A DNA stretch of 64,000 nucleotides from an uncultured Hyphomicrobiales bacterium (GCA_964462685.1 CAYWYR010000016.1:14174-78173); one strand, 5' to 3'. Positions 30,022-39,910 are shown, numbered from the stretch's first letter. Translations and numbers: made by a program. Notes: generated by a model not told the origin, from the letters alone.

Positions 30022-32040
30022 TTACCATAAATAGTCATTTTCCCATTCATCATCCTCTTCGTCTTCTTCGATAACGAACCGTGGTGCTGTTTCTTCGGTA
30101 ACGGTTTCTAAAAAACGGGAAGGTGTACTTAGAACATACCCGGTAGCACGGTCGAAAATATTGACAGGGTGAGTTATGGTCAGTGTACATTTTGCTCTTG
30201 TTGCCGCTACATAGAACAGCCTTCTTTCCTCCTCTATAGCATCAATATCCTCGCCCGTTCTGCCAGAAGGGAACTTCCCTTCTAAAGCCCATATTATATA
30301 GACATGTTTCCACTCTAGCCCCTTGGCCGAATGTATAGTAGAAATAGTTACTATTTCGTCTTCAGGGTCATCACCTGCTAGTTCATTTACACTTGATGTA
30401 GGAGGATCAACAGATATATCAGCGAGCATAGAGTCTAGAGACTTATAACCTGCTACCATAGTAACAAACTGCTCAAGATCCTTTAGCCTTTTCTGAAAGT
30501 CCTTATATGCGTTCTCAAGTATCGGGGTATAGATTTCGATAGTTTTTGTTACAGCTGCTTCAGGGTTAGTTTTATAAACGAGTACAGCCTGAATCTGCTT
30601 TCTAAGCTCTTCGCCCTTAGATAACTGCCCGAATCCTTTTTCAAACGACATATCGCCTGACTGGACTCCTTCGATTATCTTTGATGCGGTAACCGAGCCT
30701 ATACCAGGCTGCAACAATAAAAGCCGCCGCCATGCTATTACATCATCAGGATTTGCGGCTACCTTTAAGTATGCGAGTACGTCTTTTATGTGGGCGGTCT
30801 CGCTGAATCTTAGTCCACCGTATTTTTGGAAGCGGATATCGGTTTTGTCAAACTCCAGCTCAAGGTCAAATGAATGATAGCCGTTTCTGATAAGTATAGC
30901 TATTTCGTTTAAATCTTCGCCGTTTTCTCTCATTTCCAGAATATCCTGAACGATGAACAGGCTTTGCTGCTTTTCAGTGGCGGTTGATACTACTCTTGGT
31001 TTATCGCCCGAACTTACACCGATAAGCTCTTTCTCATAACCCATAGCAGCCGCTTTCATCACAGAATTAGAAAGGCCCAGTATCTGATCTGTGGAGCGGT
31101 AGTTAGTCTGTATCTTATAGACCTTACAATCATCAAACTGTTGAGGGAAAAAGAGGATATTACTGTATTCAGCACCGCGGAAAGAATATATCGACTGTGC
31201 CTCATCCCCAACCGCCATTATGTTCTGCTTCGGGCCAGAAAGGAGCATAGAAATCTCGTGCTGCAGCCTATTGGTGTCCTGATATTCATCTACCATAATA
31301 TATCTGTAGCGTGAGCTAATGGCTTTCCAGGCATTTCCGCCCAGCTTCAAAATATCCCTTAGATTAACCAAAAGATCATCATAATCCATAGCGGAGGCTT
31401 TTTTCTTATACTCGCCATATCCCTTTATAATATCTTCTATGAATGGCACAAGATCCAGAAAGCGGTTGTTCTCTTTGAATACAAGATCTTGAATGCTTTC
31501 GCCTTTGTTTATCGCCATGGAGTAGATTCGCTGGATGAAGCCAGCTTTAGGGTGCCGTTTACTTTTGGCATCTATACCCTTGCTTTCCATGTAGCGCTGC
31601 CGAACATACCCTATTGTGTCTTCTGCGTCCTTTGCGTCGAGGATACTGAAATTAGCGTTATAGCCGAGTTCCTTACCGTACCTGCGAAGCACCATAGAAG
31701 CGAAAGAATGGAAAGTGCCCGCTGTGATCGCACCCGCTCTACCATCCAACAGTTTCACTGAGCGGTCTTTCATTTCGTTCGCAGCTTTCCGGGTAAAAGT
31801 CATCAGCAGAATAGATTCAGGGGGGACTCCATCTTCAATTAAGCGAGCTACCCTGTAAGTTACTGTGCGAGTTTTGCCTGTACCGGCACCTGCTATCACC
31901 AGTGCAGGACCGTTATTATGCATTACAGCTTGAAGCTGTTCGGTATTTAATAGGGACTGATAATCTAATCGGCGTTTTTTGCTGCTATGGGAAGTATTTT
32001 GGCCGGCTTTCTGCTGTTTCTTCAGTTTGATTTTTTTCAT
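30022..32040 (-). CDS. UvrD/PcrA/Rep-family ATP-dependent DNA helicase (start 32040 preferred over 32070)
   Basis: AGAGTGKT, DEYQDTN, VGDEAQSIYSFRGA, NYRST, STIHSAKGLEW and EERRLFYVAATRAK. Confidence 0.93.
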   Translation of the reverse strand: MKKIKLKKQQKAGQNTSHSSKKRRLDYQSLLNTEQLQAVMHNNGPALVIAGAGTGKTRTVTYRVARLIEDGVPPESILLMTFTRKAANEMKDRSVKLLDGRAGAITAGTFHSFASMVLRRYGKELGYNANFSILDAKDAEDTIGYVRQRYMESKGIDAKSKRHPKAGFIQRIYSMAINKGESIQDLVFKENNRFLDLVPFIEDIIKGYGEYKKKASAMDYDDLLVNLRDILKLGGNAWKAISSRYRYIMVDEYQDTNRLQHEISMLLSGPKQNIMAVGDEAQSIYSFRGAEYSNILFFPQQFDDCKVYKIQTNYRSTDQILGLSNSVMKAAAMGYEKELIGVSSGDKPRVVSTATEKQQSLFIVQDILEMRENGEDLNEIAILIRNGYHSFDLELEFDKTDIRFQKYGGLRFSETAHIKDVLAYLKVAANPDDVIAWRRLLLLQPGIGSVTASKIIEGVQSGDMSFEKGFGQLSKGEELRKQIQAVLVYKTNPEAAVTKTIEIYTPILENAYKDFQKRLKDLEQFVTMVAGYKSLDSMLADISVDPPTSSVNELAGDDPEDEIVTISTIHSAKGLEWKHVYIIWALEGKFPSGRTGEDIDAIEEERRLFYVAATRAKCTLTITHPVNIFDRATGYVLSTPSRFLETVTEETAPRFVIEEDEEDDEWENDYLW

Positions 32041-32052
32041 CACATCAAAAAT

Positions 32053-32090
32053 AAAAAAAGGGATCGGCATATTATTGCCAAACCCTTTTT
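32053..32090. terminator. Terminator-like hairpin directly upstream of the helicase gene
   Basis: AAAAGGG-atc-GGCA-tattat-TGCC-aaa-CCCTTTT with T-tracts on both strands. Confidence 0.6.
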
Positions 32091-32212
32091 ATTTATCCGT
32101 TTTGGGAATCCTTCCTCTGACGGTATCAGATCATCAAGAAAAATATAAAGCAATCCTTTGCTTGTGGAAGTCCTTCCCTGTGATGTTGTTTTTTGATTCT
32201 TCTTTAAGTAAC
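32053..32212 (-). ncRNA. Candidate sRNA or structured leader with repeated GGA hairpins
   Basis: Minus strand has GGAA-GGAC-TTCC, AAGCAA-AGGA-TTGCTT, TCTGA-TACCG-TCAGA, GGAA-GGA-TTCC and ACGGAT, followed by a terminator. Confidence 0.4.
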
Positions 32213-32311
32213 TGAATGCAATCTATTATATAGAGCTATTAGATCTCTAAGCAGATATACTGAAATTTTTATATAGCTTATCCGACGGTTAACTTTGAAT
32301 AGATCAAACAA

Positions 32312-33493
32312 ATGAAAAAGGAAAATATTATGATGGAAGTAGGTATAATCGGTGCCGGTACAATGGGTAACGGTATCGCCCAGATAGCTGCTACAAACGG
32401 CCATAAAACATATCTCTTTGATGTCAATAAAGATAATCTTGATACCGCCAAAGCTAAACTCGAGAAAATTACAGCAAGGTTAGTCGAAAAAGGACGCTTA
32501 GAAGAACCAAAGAGAAAAGAGATATTAGATAGAATAATATATTCCACCGAGCTTAAGGAAGCAAAAGACTGCGGACTGATAATAGAAGCAATTATAGAAA
32601 ATATCGATATCAAAAAGACATTGTTCTCTCAGCTAGATAAAATCGTGGGTACAGACTGTATACTTGCATCGAATACCTCATCTTTATCTATAGCTTCAAT
32701 AGCTGGCGCCTTGGATAAATCTGAACGTTTTTTGGGGATACACTATTTTAACCCAGCCCCGCTTATGCCATTAGTTGAAATTATACCATCATTCATCACA
32801 GATAGTGAAATAACCGCTAAAGCCAAATCTATTACTGATAGCTGGGGCAAAACTACGGTTATAGCAAAAGATACACCTGGATTTATAGTAAACCGAGTAG
32901 CGAGGCCATTTTATGGTGAAGCAATGAGGATAGCTGAGGAGCAGATCGCTGACATCCCCACGATCGATGCAGCAATGAAAGAAATCGGCGGATTCCGCAT
33001 GGGTCCGTTTGAGTTAACTGATTTTATCGGCCATGATGTAAACTATAAAGTAACAGAGAGTGTTTGGGAGTCCTTCTACTACGATCAGCGATTCAAGCCT
33101 TCACTTTTACAGAAAAGACTGGTAGAAGCTGGCTTTCTTGGCCTCAAATCCAATAGAGGCTTTTATGATTATAGAGAGAATGCGGAAAAACCAACGGCAA
33201 AAGATGATAATGATCTCAAACAACTTGTATTTGATCGTATTATAGCCATGCTTATCAATGAGGCATGCGACGCTCTTAACCTTGGAATCGCTACCGCCGA
33301 AGATATAGAGCTTGCTATGGTAAAAGGACTTAACTATCCAAAAGGACTGCTTTCTTGGGGGGATGAGATAGGAGCTGATGTCATACTTGGAAGACTGCAA
33401 TACCTTTATGATCTTTACAAAGAAGATCGATACAGGCCAAATATTTTACTGAAGCAAAGAGTGGATAAAGGAAACAGACTCAATCAAGATTGA
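32312..33493 (+). CDS. 3-hydroxyacyl-CoA dehydrogenase (PaaH/Hbd-like, duplicated C-terminal domain)
   Basis: GAGTMGNGIA, ASNTSSLSI, HYFNPAPLM, PGFIVNR and MGPFEL. Confidence 0.92.
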   Translation: MKKENIMMEVGIIGAGTMGNGIAQIAATNGHKTYLFDVNKDNLDTAKAKLEKITARLVEKGRLEEPKRKEILDRIIYSTELKEAKDCGLIIEAIIENIDIKKTLFSQLDKIVGTDCILASNTSSLSIASIAGALDKSERFLGIHYFNPAPLMPLVEIIPSFITDSEITAKAKSITDSWGKTTVIAKDTPGFIVNRVARPFYGEAMRIAEEQIADIPTIDAAMKEIGGFRMGPFELTDFIGHDVNYKVTESVWESFYYDQRFKPSLLQKRLVEAGFLGLKSNRGFYDYRENAEKPTAKDDNDLKQLVFDRIIAMLINEACDALNLGIATAEDIELAMVKGLNYPKGLLSWGDEIGADVILGRLQYLYDLYKEDRYRPNILLKQRVDKGNRLNQD

Positions 33494-33542
33494 CTAGGCG
33501 GATTGATAATTGATTATGCCATAAGCTAAGCATCAAAATATA

Positions 33543-33567
33543 TAAAGCGGGATCATTTCCCGTTTTA
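33543..33567 (+). terminator. Probable terminator after the dehydrogenase
   Basis: AAAGCGGGA-tcatt-TCCCGTTTT followed by a T-rich tract. Confidence 0.5.
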
Positions 33568-33585
33568 TTTTGACAAATCTAAATA

Positions 33586-33613
33586 GTTGTTGCAACAACA
33601 TTGATACAACAAC
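33586..33613. promoter_or_regulatory. Tandem MarR operator candidates
   Basis: Perfect palindrome GTTGTTGCAACAAC (33586-33599) followed directly by the degenerate copy ATTGATACAACAAC. Confidence 0.7.
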
Positions 33614-33626
33614 GTTTATATTCCTG

Positions 33627-34073
33627 ATGAGTGAAACAGAAACCAAATACGAACTTGCTGAATCCTTTGGATACCTAACTGGTAATGCTTATAGAGCTAT
33701 AAACAAGAGGTTGAGAAATCTTTTCAAGGCCGAGGGGCATCCGATCACGGTTGAGCAATTCGGAATTCTCGTTCATCTTTGGGAAACCGACGGCCTTTGC
33801 CAGAACCAAATCGGTGATATTATAGATAAAGACAGGGCAGGCGTATCAAGGCTGATCAATAATCTCGAAAAAAACGATCTGATTATCCGTAAGTCGGATA
33901 AAAATGATTTCAGGAAGAAAAAAGTCTTCCTTACAGAAAATGGAAAAAAGCTTGAGTCGTGTTCTAAACAGTTGGCATATCAAGTCTATTCTGAATGTAT
34001 TGCTGATAAATCCGAATCCGAGATAAGCAACGCTAAAAGTTTTCTCAGAAACATCAAAACGAATCTCAATTAA
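33627..34073 (+). CDS. MarR family transcriptional regulator (start 33627 preferred)
   Basis: ITVEQFGILVHLW, VSRLINNLEK and DFRKKKVFLTENG. Confidence 0.92.
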   Translation: MSETETKYELAESFGYLTGNAYRAINKRLRNLFKAEGHPITVEQFGILVHLWETDGLCQNQIGDIIDKDRAGVSRLINNLEKNDLIIRKSDKNDFRKKKVFLTENGKKLESCSKQLAYQVYSECIADKSESEISNAKSFLRNIKTNLN

Positions 34074-34110
34074 TTCAATATATCAAACACCAAAACATAG
34101 GTAAAATACT

Positions 34111-34704
34111 ATGAAACCTCTAAAAAACATAATCGCAACTGCGACGATATCACTGATCGGCGCATCAACACTTTTCGCTGCCGATATCTACAAAGCTGAC
34201 GCAAAGAGCAGCGAAGTAAAATGGAACGCTGCTAAAGTATCTGGCGAGCACTGGGGTTATGTAAGCGTTAAGGACGGATATCTGGAAATGGACAACGGCA
34301 AGCTTAAAGGTGGCAAGTTCAATATAAATATGCCTTCACTTACCGTTGAGGACATCGAAGACCCAGAATGGAACGGCAAGCTTAAAGGACACCTGCACTC
34401 AGATGACTTTTTCAGCACTAACACATATAAAACAGCTTCGCTTGATATTACAGATGTAAAGCAAATAAAAGGTAACGAATATCAGATCAACGGTGATCTG
34501 ACTATTAAAGGCATCAAAAAACCTGTATCATTCCCAGCTACTGTAACAATGGAAGATGGTAAAGTGGTAGGAGTTGGTAAGATGAAAATCGACAGAACAG
34601 ATTATGATATCAAATACAACTCTGGATCATTTTTTGAAGACCTAGGCGACAAAATGATTTACGATGAATTTGACTTAGATGTGAGACTGGTAGCAAATAA
34701 GTAA
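34111..34704 (+). CDS. YceI-family periplasmic lipid/polyisoprenoid-binding protein
   Basis: Signal peptide; HLHSDDFF, GDLTIKG and IDRTDYDIKY. Confidence 0.93.
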   Translation: MKPLKNIIATATISLIGASTLFAADIYKADAKSSEVKWNAAKVSGEHWGYVSVKDGYLEMDNGKLKGGKFNINMPSLTVEDIEDPEWNGKLKGHLHSDDFFSTNTYKTASLDITDVKQIKGNEYQINGDLTIKGIKKPVSFPATVTMEDGKVVGVGKMKIDRTDYDIKYNSGSFFEDLGDKMIYDEFDLDVRLVANK

Positions 34705-34725
34705 TTCTTATTTCAAGAATATTCC

Positions 34726-34760
34726 AAAGCCCTAAAAGTAATTGCTTTTGGGGCTTTTTT
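34726..34760 (+). terminator. Rho-independent terminator between convergent yceI and mntR-like genes
   Basis: AAAGCCCTAAAAGTA-at-TGCTTTTGGGGCTTT followed by a T-run. Confidence 0.8.
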
Positions 34761-35409
34761 ATTTTGTGATAAGACCGATTTTCCGGGCTACTTTTTCGCT
34801 TATACTTTTATTTGTATTATCTATTTCAATAAGTACTGAATTATCGTATTTTTCTTTACCGAGTATTCTTATTTGAGAATTAATATTAAAATTAAGCCGA
34901 GTAATATAATTCAATAATTCTTTTCTATCATCCAGAACTATAGCTATCAGATATTCACCGGGTTCCGCTTCGGCCATAATAACTATATCGAGTTCGGTGA
35001 TATTGCCTTGGATATCAGGAATTGGTTCGCCGTGGGGATCGAATTTAGGATTGCCGAGATATGTATCGAGTTTATTCACAAGCTCTCGTGATTCCACATG
35101 TTCAAGCTGTTCGGCTATCTCATGAACGTTTCCCCAGTCGAATTTTAACTTATCCACCAGGAATGTCTCCCACAGTCTATGCTTTCTGAGTATGTGGACT
35201 GCCTTTTCTTTACCTGTTTCAGTTAATTTCACACCTTTGTATTTTTGCCGCTCAACCAGACCTTCCTGCTCTAGCCGTCCCAGCATCTCAGTTACAGAAG
35301 ACGACTTGATATTTAGAATAGCGGCAATACTATTAGTACTTACCAACGTGCCCGGCTTTTCAAGCGAGTGTATCGCTTTTAGATAATCCTGTGTAGAGAT
35401 AGAGTGCAT
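34759..35409 (-). CDS. DtxR/MntR family metal-dependent repressor with FeoA-like domain
   Basis: DYLKAI, SSVTEML, RKHRLWETFL, AEQLEH and DPHGEPIP. Confidence 0.93.
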   Translation of the reverse strand: MHSISTQDYLKAIHSLEKPGTLVSTNSIAAILNIKSSSVTEMLGRLEQEGLVERQKYKGVKLTETGKEKAVHILRKHRLWETFLVDKLKFDWGNVHEIAEQLEHVESRELVNKLDTYLGNPKFDPHGEPIPDIQGNITELDIVIMAEAEPGEYLIAIVLDDRKELLNYITRLNFNINSQIRILGKEKYDNSVLIEIDNTNKSISEKVARKIGLITK

Positions 35410-35453
35410 TTACTAAATTAATACAATCTGATGAGTAGAAAAACGTAATATTT

Positions 35454-35487
35454 TCGGTACATCTAATTATATTTGTAGGCAAGCCTA
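35454..35487. promoter_or_regulatory. Two DtxR/MntR-type boxes flanking a TATATTTG promoter element
   Basis: TAGGC-AA-GCCTA (35476-35487); degenerate TCGGTACATCTA (35454-35465) 22 bp upstream; TATATTTG at 35468-35475 between them. Confidence 0.7.
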
Positions 35488-35505
35488 AAACATTATTCAG
35501 AATTT

Positions 35506-37773
35506 ATGATGAATCATTTTCTACTCCTTTTATCGATACTTGGATTATCTACTTTTTCTTATTCTTTTGATGGTAATATAAAAGATGAGGAAGGTAGTCC
35601 TGCAGTAGGTGTAAAAGTAGCATTTTTACAAAACGATACAATCTCTGGAGGCACGCTCACAGATCAGCAAGGAAAATTCAAATCACCACAGAATATTGAT
35701 TTTCCAATTAGGATTAATATCGAGTACTCTGGTTATTTCCCAATCGATACGATTATCACAGATACCCCGGAGTATGAACTTAGTTTCAGATTAAAGCCTT
35801 TATCGAAAACCAGTTCCGAGATAACCGTTACCGGTACTATGCTGCCTACAACAATAAAGCAATCACCAGTTAAGACCGAGGTTGTTAGCACCATTGCCAT
35901 GCAAGATTATCTGCCCGGAACTACCAACATGATGGAGACCCTTAAAATGGTAAACGGTATAACCGAACAGGTTAGCTGCGGGGTTTGCTTTACCAATAGT
36001 ATCTCTATCAATGGGCTCCCTGGGCCATACACTGCAGTACTGCTGGACGGCGCACCCGTTTTCGGGAATCTGGCCACTGTTTATGGGCTTAATGGAGTTC
36101 CGAATGTAGCAGTAGATAAATACGAAGTTATCAAAGGGCCAAACTCCACGCTTTACGGTTCTGAGGCTTTAGCGGGAGTAATCAATATCATAACTAAAAA
36201 CCCTGATAAATCTGAATATCTAGCAGATGCCGTTATATCCACTAATGATGAAGTATTCGCCAATCTATCGGTTTCTGAAAGCATAGGCAATGTTTACGGC
36301 ATGATATCTGGTAATTTCGGTACGGTCAGAAATATCGAAGACGCGAACAGAGATGGCTTCAACGATATGCTGAACTTGGATAGATATACGATGTTCACAA
36401 AGTGGAAAGCGCCATTAGGGGACTTTGACCTGAATATCGGAGCAAATCTTTATTATGAGGACAGAATAAACGGTGTGCTGGATTACGTAGATAATTTCCA
36501 GCCGTCATTTCGTGGCAGCGAGGATATTTATGGCGAAAGTATAATAACGGAGCGTTATACTTTTTTCGCGTCGCTTAACAGTAAGGATATGAAATACGGT
36601 AAACTCGATTTATCTACCTCACTTTACAGCCAGGATTCTTATTACGGAAGCGACCACTACCAAGCTTCTCAGGATCTGTTCTGGGCTAATTATATATATC
36701 CAATCTCGACAGAAAACCATACCCTGCTGCTTGGTGGGACTGCTCGCTACAGTACTTATAATGACAATACACAAGCCACAGTTGATGCAAACGGTATTGA
36801 TACACCGGATGAGCAATTCATTCCCGGCATTTTTGCCCAGAGCGAGTGGGCAATCACTGATAAAAGTGTGATTCTATCTGGTTTAAGGCTAGATAATTAT
36901 GTTCGGCACGGACCTATTTTATCACCTAGGTTAAGCTTTAAATGGTCGCCGAGGTATGATTTTGATTTCAGGCTAAATACAGGAACCGGCTTTAGAGTAG
37001 TGAATTTATTTACCGAAGACCATGCGTTTGTAACTGGCCAGAGGCAGGTACTTATCGAAGAAGAGCTGAATCCAGAGCGGAGCATAAATGCGCTCGCCGG
37101 TGCGTCATACTTTTATGATCTCGGAATTGGCTGGGGTACAGGATCGATAGATGTGGACGGATTCTACACCTACTTCCAGAATAAAATCATACCTGATTAT
37201 GAGACCGAGGGTTTTATATTTTATTCCAATACCGATGGTTTCGCTGTTACACAGGGATTTGCCGTAAACCTAAACCATAATTTCGATAATAATATAAATA
37301 TTACGCTCGGTGCTACATTCCTTGAATCCACAGAAACGGAAAGCAACGAATTGGGTGAAGAAGAGACTATGCCGCTTCCCTATGCGCCTGAATACTCGGG
37401 AGTGGCTATGGTAAACTATTATTGGGAGTGGGCAGACTTGATATTTGGTTATACTGGCCGACTTACCGGGCCGCAGCATCTACCAGATGTGTTTGATGTC
37501 AACTCTTCTACAGGCCAACCATTAGATAGCCCGCGCCCAGGCTTATCGGATGCCTTTATGATACACGGCATTCAGATAACCAAGAATCTTGAAATGTTTG
37601 ATATCTATGTAGGGATGCAGAATATAGGTGATTTTATGCAGCCTATCTCACCCTTGGCTGGGTTTAACGACCCGAATGCCTTGCCCGGGTTTTCCGATAG
37701 CTTTGATACAGCTTATGCCTATTCCCCTATCCACGGGCGGGAATTCTATTTCGGTATTAGGGCAAAAATGTAA
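35506..37773 (+). CDS. TonB-dependent receptor, probably for metal uptake
   Basis: YEVIKGPNSTLYGSEALAGVINIITK; SCGVC in the plug; ends GREFYFGIRAKM; divergent from the DtxR-family gene. Confidence 0.9.
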   Translation: MMNHFLLLLSILGLSTFSYSFDGNIKDEEGSPAVGVKVAFLQNDTISGGTLTDQQGKFKSPQNIDFPIRINIEYSGYFPIDTIITDTPEYELSFRLKPLSKTSSEITVTGTMLPTTIKQSPVKTEVVSTIAMQDYLPGTTNMMETLKMVNGITEQVSCGVCFTNSISINGLPGPYTAVLLDGAPVFGNLATVYGLNGVPNVAVDKYEVIKGPNSTLYGSEALAGVINIITKNPDKSEYLADAVISTNDEVFANLSVSESIGNVYGMISGNFGTVRNIEDANRDGFNDMLNLDRYTMFTKWKAPLGDFDLNIGANLYYEDRINGVLDYVDNFQPSFRGSEDIYGESIITERYTFFASLNSKDMKYGKLDLSTSLYSQDSYYGSDHYQASQDLFWANYIYPISTENHTLLLGGTARYSTYNDNTQATVDANGIDTPDEQFIPGIFAQSEWAITDKSVILSGLRLDNYVRHGPILSPRLSFKWSPRYDFDFRLNTGTGFRVVNLFTEDHAFVTGQRQVLIEEELNPERSINALAGASYFYDLGIGWGTGSIDVDGFYTYFQNKIIPDYETEGFIFYSNTDGFAVTQGFAVNLNHNFDNNINITLGATFLESTETESNELGEEETMPLPYAPEYSGVAMVNYYWEWADLIFGYTGRLTGPQHLPDVFDVNSSTGQPLDSPRPGLSDAFMIHGIQITKNLEMFDIYVGMQNIGDFMQPISPLAGFNDPNALPGFSDSFDTAYAYSPIHGREFYFGIRAKM

Positions 37774-37790
37774 ATCTTAAATTATGGCAA

Positions 37791-38345
37791 TCAATAACTA
37801 GAACCACTTAATGAGTTCGTATTATTTTCTGCTTTTAATCTTTTCCATACAACGTAATTTGGAGTAATCAAAGAGATAATATTAATTACAATGACAGCAA
37901 AAACGATTATATATGAGATTATACCTATCGGTAAGTCTGTAATTATATTTGATACAAAATGATTGAAAAATGGAATTGCTCCAAAAGATGCCGCTATTAC
38001 CCATATTATATTAGCTAGCAAAATAAATGATTGTATATTATATCGATGCTGAACTAACTTATCGTAAAACAAGGTAAATACAAACATAAATAGACCAATT
38101 AAAAAAAGATATGGAATATAGGTTTCCCAGAATGATATGACATATACAAGTAGAACAAAAAAACTATCCTGAATATTATCAGTACTATTTACAGTATTTC
38201 TAAAAACTGGAATTATCAAGAAAGCTAAAATACTAGACATAAATAAAAGCGAAGTTGATCTGATAATCCTTTTCGATTCTAGTTCTAAGTATTTGCCGAA
38301 AAAATGTTTATTTAGTATATCACTAATTTTATTGTCTTTGTTCAT
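37791..38345 (-). CDS. Hypothetical membrane protein (about 4 TM, AT-rich)
   Basis: Hydrophobic stretches; no motif recognised. Confidence 0.55.
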   Translation of the reverse strand: MNKDNKISDILNKHFFGKYLELESKRIIRSTSLLFMSSILAFLIIPVFRNTVNSTDNIQDSFFVLLVYVISFWETYIPYLFLIGLFMFVFTLFYDKLVQHRYNIQSFILLANIIWVIAASFGAIPFFNHFVSNIITDLPIGIISYIIVFAVIVINIISLITPNYVVWKRLKAENNTNSLSGSSY

Positions 38346-38417
38346 AAGCTTTCCGAAAAAATATTATCATTATATCGATATAAGAAAAAAAATGATCTTC
38401 GATAACACGGTATATCT

Positions 38418-39161
38418 CTAACCAAGCCCCCATTTGCTATCAAGAGCCTCGCCGAACTCATAGAAGCCTGTTTTGCCGTGTATCCAATCGGCTGCTACCA
38501 AACTACCACTGGCGAAACCTTCTCTGTTTTTCGCCCTGTGGGTAAGCTCTATGCTATCAACAACGCTATCGGCTATTACTGTATGAGTACCCGAAATATC
38601 ACCACCCCGAGTTGAGCTTGCGTGCAGTTCGTTTGGTTCTATCTTACGCTGAAGAGCATCGATAACAAGTTTATCTTTTCTATCAACTCTATCGATAAGC
38701 TTTTGGGCTATTGAAATAGCGGTGCCTCCTGGGCTGTCCTTCTTGTTTTTATGGTGCATTTCATGGGTTAGGAGATCATACCCGTCTTCATGGTTTATTA
38801 TCCTGCCGAAACTCTCAATAACCCTGAAAAAAATCTGTACACCTACAGAAAAATTAGAAGCCCATACGAGTCCGTTCCCAGCATCTTTCACATAATCGCG
38901 TACTTCCTCGGACTTATCAAGCCAGCCCGTGGTGCCGACTACAACGTTCTTACCCAGATCCGATAAAAGCTTGATGTTATCCACCGCCTGATCTGGTTCT
39001 GTAAACTCTATAGCCACGTCAAAGTCGTAATTGCTACCTTTTTCGAGTTTATTATCAGTATCAAAAATATCTGAGATCTGGTAACCCTGTGATTTTGCGA
39101 TTTTTTCTATTTCATGGCCCATACGGCCGTAGCCCACAATAGCTATTACAGGTTTATTCAT
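38418..39161 (-). CDS. dapB: 4-hydroxy-tetrahydrodipicolinate reductase
   Basis: GYGRMG, VVGTTGW, SNFSVGV and EMHHKNKKDSPGGTA. Confidence 0.95.
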   Translation of the reverse strand: MNKPVIAIVGYGRMGHEIEKIAKSQGYQISDIFDTDNKLEKGSNYDFDVAIEFTEPDQAVDNIKLLSDLGKNVVVGTTGWLDKSEEVRDYVKDAGNGLVWASNFSVGVQIFFRVIESFGRIINHEDGYDLLTHEMHHKNKKDSPGGTAISIAQKLIDRVDRKDKLVIDALQRKIEPNELHASSTRGGDISGTHTVIADSVVDSIELTHRAKNREGFASGSLVAADWIHGKTGFYEFGEALDSKWGLG

Positions 39162-39177
39162 AGTTTGGGTAGAAAGA

Positions 39178-39849
39178 TTATTTAATTTGGATTCGTTTTC
39201 TTACATAGCGGTCATTGCCGATACGGACCTCGCCGATATAATCGCCGCTAGGCATCGGCATACCGTTTGAATTACGGAGATTCCAAGTAATTTGGTGTGG
39301 CCCAGCGGGCTGCTTACCAGTAAATAAAGTCGCTATAACTTTAGCTTGGATAGAGTAAACAACTATTTCCACATCGGTCGGTACATCTAATCTATAGGAT
39401 ATTGTAGGGCCAAGATCTTCTGCGATCCCCAAAAACTGAGCTGCATCCTCAAGATAAAAAAGCCTAAACCTATCATCGTAATTATACATACCCTGCCCAG
39501 GCACTGATAAGGCATCAACCAGCATCTCACGACGTTGGACTTTCTCGCGTGGATCAGGTACGAACAAAGAAGAAGGCAGATCCATAACATTGATATAGGC
39601 TGCCATGATACTTCTTGCCTCTTGAAGCATCTGCGGGTTATACTCTGATTCTCGCAGATCCATCCTAAGCCTTACGTCGGTAGGCAGATCGATTTCCATC
39701 GCTCTGTAATACAGGGAATCCTGTTCGGGGGAAGTTGCGTTACCCAAAGAAGGATCAGCCTGAAAAAAACCGTAAGCACTGCAAGCCAGAATACCTAACG
39801 ATACTACAAGAAGTATTAATCTAACAAAGCTGGTTATGATTTTGTTCAT
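39178..39849 (-). CDS. Hypothetical exported protein with C-terminal FlgD/Ig-like domain
   Basis: VEIVVYSIQAKVIATL...GPHQITWNLRNSNG...PSGDY. Confidence 0.65.
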   Translation of the reverse strand: MNKIITSFVRLILLVVSLGILACSAYGFFQADPSLGNATSPEQDSLYYRAMEIDLPTDVRLRMDLRESEYNPQMLQEARSIMAAYINVMDLPSSLFVPDPREKVQRREMLVDALSVPGQGMYNYDDRFRLFYLEDAAQFLGIAEDLGPTISYRLDVPTDVEIVVYSIQAKVIATLFTGKQPAGPHQITWNLRNSNGMPMPSGDYIGEVRIGNDRYVRKRIQIK

Positions 39850-39910
39850 TTAAATAAAAATATTGCCAGAGGTATTCTTTTGCTTTGCTTACGGTATCAT
39901 ACATATTTAG

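Noticed and set aside
32204-32613. Short minus-strand ORFs, and the many other 60-130 aa ORFs nested in long genes
   Set aside because: They lie antisense or out of frame to well-supported CDSs and show no motifs.
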